The notes under the pieces are model-generated. The model did not search any database, was not told the DNA's origin, and saw only the letters and a program-made list of their open reading frames with translations. Source: an uncultured bacterium (GTDB lineage Bacteria > Bacillota_I > Bacilli_A > RF39 > UBA660). Taken from it: a DNA stretch of 64,000 bases. Made by a program: the position numbers and the translations under genes. Below are positions 61,462-64,000 of this stretch, piece after piece (position 1 is the stretch's first letter; each line of letters starts with the position of its first letter). The stretch spans positions 7,867-71,866 of the forward strand of contig CAMVPB010000003.1 in the NCBI GenBank assembly GCA_947169285.1, read 5' to 3'.

Positions 61462-62934
61462 TTATCTATACAATGTTAATGGATCTATCATTCTAGCATT
61501 ACTATATGTTGTTGATCCAGTCCATACTCCCAAATGTAAGTGAGTACCAGTAGATCTACCTGTACTACCCATAAGTCCGATTGTTTGACCCTTAACTACC
61601 GCATCACCTTTTTTAACAAGATATTTTGATAAATGCATGTAAACAGAATTATAACCATTATTGTGAGTAATCATAACAAAGTTACCCATATCACTTCTTG
61701 TTCCGACATTAATTACAGTACCATTTTGTATTGCATATATTGGTGAACCATGCCCTGTACCAGTAATATCAATACCATAATGCCAACTACCCCAACGAGG
61801 TCCAAATACAGAAGATATTCTATAAGGTTTATTTGTAGCCCAAGCCCAATAAGAAGAATCGCCCACATAAACGGTATTAATTCCACCTACTACTAACACT
61901 CTATTAATAGTTGGTGTTATTTCCTCTGTTGATACTGTTACGGCATTATTAAGTAAACCATTAATAATTTCATTTTTATATGTAACTTTAACAAGCCCAT
62001 TAGATCCTTCTTGTTTTACATATCTAACAGATGAACTCAATCTATTGTCATATTCAACAGTTGTTTCATATTTTATTGTTTGTCTTTCAACAACAGTTGT
62101 TTCTTCTACAACATCTACAAGAGGATTAATAAGTGAAACATTTACTTTTTGACCAACTGTTAATAATGCATTTTCACTAACAATTTGAGGATTAGCAACT
62201 AAAAATTCATTAACACTTAACATATTTTTAGTTGCAACGCTTTTAATATCATCACCTAGTTTAACAGTATATTCTTTATTTGTTTCAAGAGTTCCAAATA
62301 ACATATATCTACTTAAATCATCAGCATTTGTGATAATATCTTCTTTAGTAGAAATCAACGCTTCTTTAATTCTAACTTCTTGTTTTAAATAAACATTATC
62401 AAGAATAGTGCCTTCATCAGTAATCTCTTGTTGAGTACCTGCAATATAATTATCTAAAGTTTCTTTTGGAACAAATGACAAAACCATATTTCTAATAGCT
62501 TTATCTAAGTCATCTTTATTTAATATATAAAATGTTTTAGGGGTTTCACTTTTAATTGTTATTTGATATCCCTCTATTGTAAAAGGAGCATCATTTTTTA
62601 TTTTATTATATATAGTTCTAGCTTCAACTGTATTTCTATTATATGTTTTAATAGGTGTTATTTTTAATCCATGAGGTGGATATACTTTTTTAACACTATA
62701 TTTTTCTTTTATAGTAGTTTGTTCTTTGTCTATTAAATCATATAATTCTTGGTCATCTTTAATTAAACCTACTTTTTTACCATTTAAATATACTTGAAAT
62801 AAAGTAACTGTGCCTTTATTATTTCCTTTATCAACAAAACCTACTCCAAAAATAAGAATAGTCATTAATATACAAAAAATTATACCTAATATTTTCCCTT
62901 TTTTATTCATTTTTAGCATCTCCTGCATAAGCAA
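61462..62934 (-). CDS. M23-family metallopeptidase with an N-terminal membrane anchor
   Basis: C-terminal M23 domain (HYGIDITGTGHGSPIYA ... GSTGRSTGTHLHLG); N-terminal TM; 490 aa. Confidence 0.8.
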   Translation of the reverse strand: MLMQEMLKMNKKGKILGIIFCILMTILIFGVGFVDKGNNKGTVTLFQVYLNGKKVGLIKDDQELYDLIDKEQTTIKEKYSVKKVYPPHGLKITPIKTYNRNTVEARTIYNKIKNDAPFTIEGYQITIKSETPKTFYILNKDDLDKAIRNMVLSFVPKETLDNYIAGTQQEITDEGTILDNVYLKQEVRIKEALISTKEDIITNADDLSRYMLFGTLETNKEYTVKLGDDIKSVATKNMLSVNEFLVANPQIVSENALLTVGQKVNVSLINPLVDVVEETTVVERQTIKYETTVEYDNRLSSSVRYVKQEGSNGLVKVTYKNEIINGLLNNAVTVSTEEITPTINRVLVVGGINTVYVGDSSYWAWATNKPYRISSVFGPRWGSWHYGIDITGTGHGSPIYAIQNGTVINVGTRSDMGNFVMITHNNGYNSVYMHLSKYLVKKGDAVVKGQTIGLMGSTGRSTGTHLHLGVWTGSTTYSNARMIDPLTLYR

Positions 62935-64000
62935 AATTATTAAATTTACTTATATTCTTTTCAAACACAAAATCAATACTTCCTGTTTCACCATTTCTAT
63001 GTTTTGCAATTAATAATTCTATCTTAGAAGTTGTATTTGTTATATTTTCGTAATAATCTTCGCTATATAAAAATAACACAATATCTGCATCTTGTTCAAT
63101 AGAACCAGATTCTCTTAAATCACTAAGTCGTGGTTTTCTATCATCACCTTTTCTTTGCTCAGTTCCACGAGAAAGTTGTGCAAGCGCAATAACTGGTACT
63201 TCAAGTTCCATAGCAAGTTTTTTTAAATCTCTTGATATTTCACTTACTTCTGCTACCCTATTACCAGAATATTTTGTAGTACTACTAATAAGTTGTAGGT
63301 AGTCAATTATTATAAGATCTAACCCAGCATCACTTGTTTTCAATCTTCTACATTTTCTTTTAATTTCACTAACTGTTATACCAGCAGTATCATCTATAAA
63401 GAAATTTGTATCCGCAAGTTCACTTTGTGCTTCATTAAATTTTTTCCAATCAGTATTGTTGAGTTTACCAGTAGCAAGCGTATTACCATCAATTCTACCT
63501 ACTGCACTATACATTTTTTTAACTATTTCTTCAGCACCCATTTCTAGGCTAAAAAATGCAACTGTTTTCTTAGCAAGTATTGCTGCATTAATGCCAATAT
63601 TAAGCGCAAAAGTTGATTTACCAGCACCAGGTCTACCAGCAATTATAATTACCTGGTTCTTTGCAAAACCTCTTGTTTTTTTATCTAAATCATGAAATCC
63701 AGTAGGTACCCCTGTAATTCCTGTTTTCTTTTTAGCAAGTTCTTCAATTTCAGCTTGAACTTCTGGTAATATATCTTGTAAATTCTTTATTTCTTTACCT
63801 AATTTATCATTATGGATAGATAAAATACTTCTTTCAGCATTTTCAACAATGTCTTCAACATTTTCTTTTTCATCATATGCTTCTTGTATTATATTAGTTG
63901 ATTTACTTATTAAATTTCTTAGAATATATTTTTCAAATATTATTTTTATATATTCACTTATATGATAAATAGAACCAGCTGAATCTATTATTTCAGTAAT
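62903..64000 (-). CDS. dnaB: Replicative DNA helicase DnaB, N-terminus beyond the window edge
   Basis: Frame open to the window end. Walker A GRPGAGKST, SLEM, IIIDYLQLI, RESGSIEQDADIV. Confidence 0.85.
   Translation of the reverse strand: MTEIIDSAGSIYHISEYIKIIFEKYILRNLISKSTNIIQEAYDEKENVEDIVENAERSILSIHNDKLGKEIKNLQDILPEVQAEIEELAKKKTGITGVPTGFHDLDKKTRGFAKNQVIIIAGRPGAGKSTFALNIGINAAILAKKTVAFFSLEMGAEEIVKKMYSAVGRIDGNTLATGKLNNTDWKKFNEAQSELADTNFFIDDTAGITVSEIKRKCRRLKTSDAGLDLIIIDYLQLISSTTKYSGNRVAEVSEISRDLKKLAMELEVPVIALAQLSRGTEQRKGDDRKPRLSDLRESGSIEQDADIVLFLYSEDYYENITNTTSKIELLIAKHRNGETGSIDFVFEKNISKFNNFAYAGDAKNE

Noticed and set aside
1-64000. CRISPR arrays, rRNA genes, and IS or transposase genes.
   Set aside because: No regularly spaced direct repeats, no rRNA-like conserved blocks, and no transposase or integrase-like ORFs were seen. 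The repeated elements present are the module, the YhcG paralogs and the shared leader.

Overview
This is a very AT-rich chromosomal core segment, roughly 25-30% GC by eye, from a spore-forming low-GC Firmicute; cotE, a gerA-type germination operon, gpsB and Bacillus-type RNase P RNA are all present. Recognisable genes include tex, rnj, rny, recA, pgsA, a rodZ-like gene, rnpB, gpsB, gpsA, rpoC, rpoB, an rsmC/ybxB-like methyltransferase, rplL, rplJ, rplA, rplK, nusG, secE, rpsP, cotE, trpS, miaB, a SEDS (rodA/ftsW-type) gene, fmt, priA, tyrS with a putative T-box leader, gerA-gerC-gerB, a TasA-like SipW-signal protein, rluB/rsuA, a D-Ala-D-Ala carboxypeptidase (dac), uppP, an SPFH protein, rmuC, PFOR, rlmH, walJ-like, an M23 peptidase and partial dnaB. 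The item I rate highest is a three-copy structured intergenic module (12.6 kb, 24.4 kb, 40.7 kb). Each copy has a sigma-A-like promoter on the plus strand, a 5' arm that pairs with a 3' arm immediately followed by a T-run, and a conserved convergent extended -10 promoter (TGNTATAAT) on the minus strand. Two copies also carry a strong SD plus a 24-26 aa ultra-hydrophobic peptide ORF (MNKRE...). The long-range helix shows compensatory substitutions between copies. That architecture fits a toxin mRNA with an antisense RNA overlapping its 3' end, as in type I toxin-antitoxin loci, but this is inference. Two copies sit inside a duplicated locus lying at breaks in the otherwise conserved rpoBC and secE-nusG-rplK neighbourhoods. 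Other notable items are three near-identical YhcG-like PD-(D/E)XK nuclease paralogs with a conserved upstream leader, and a 70-bp promoter plus 5' leader (through the first two codons, Met-Glu) shared between the TasA-like gene and an LRR gene fragment. There is also a GS-like amidoligase-family gene, tandem Big_2 surface proteins with an exact internal 215-bp repeat and a PT microsatellite, ribosomal protein L11 with a roughly 65-aa acidic C-terminal tail, and a small promoter-hairpin-terminator unit upstream of one YhcG copy. I could support no CRISPR array, tRNA or rRNA from the sequence.
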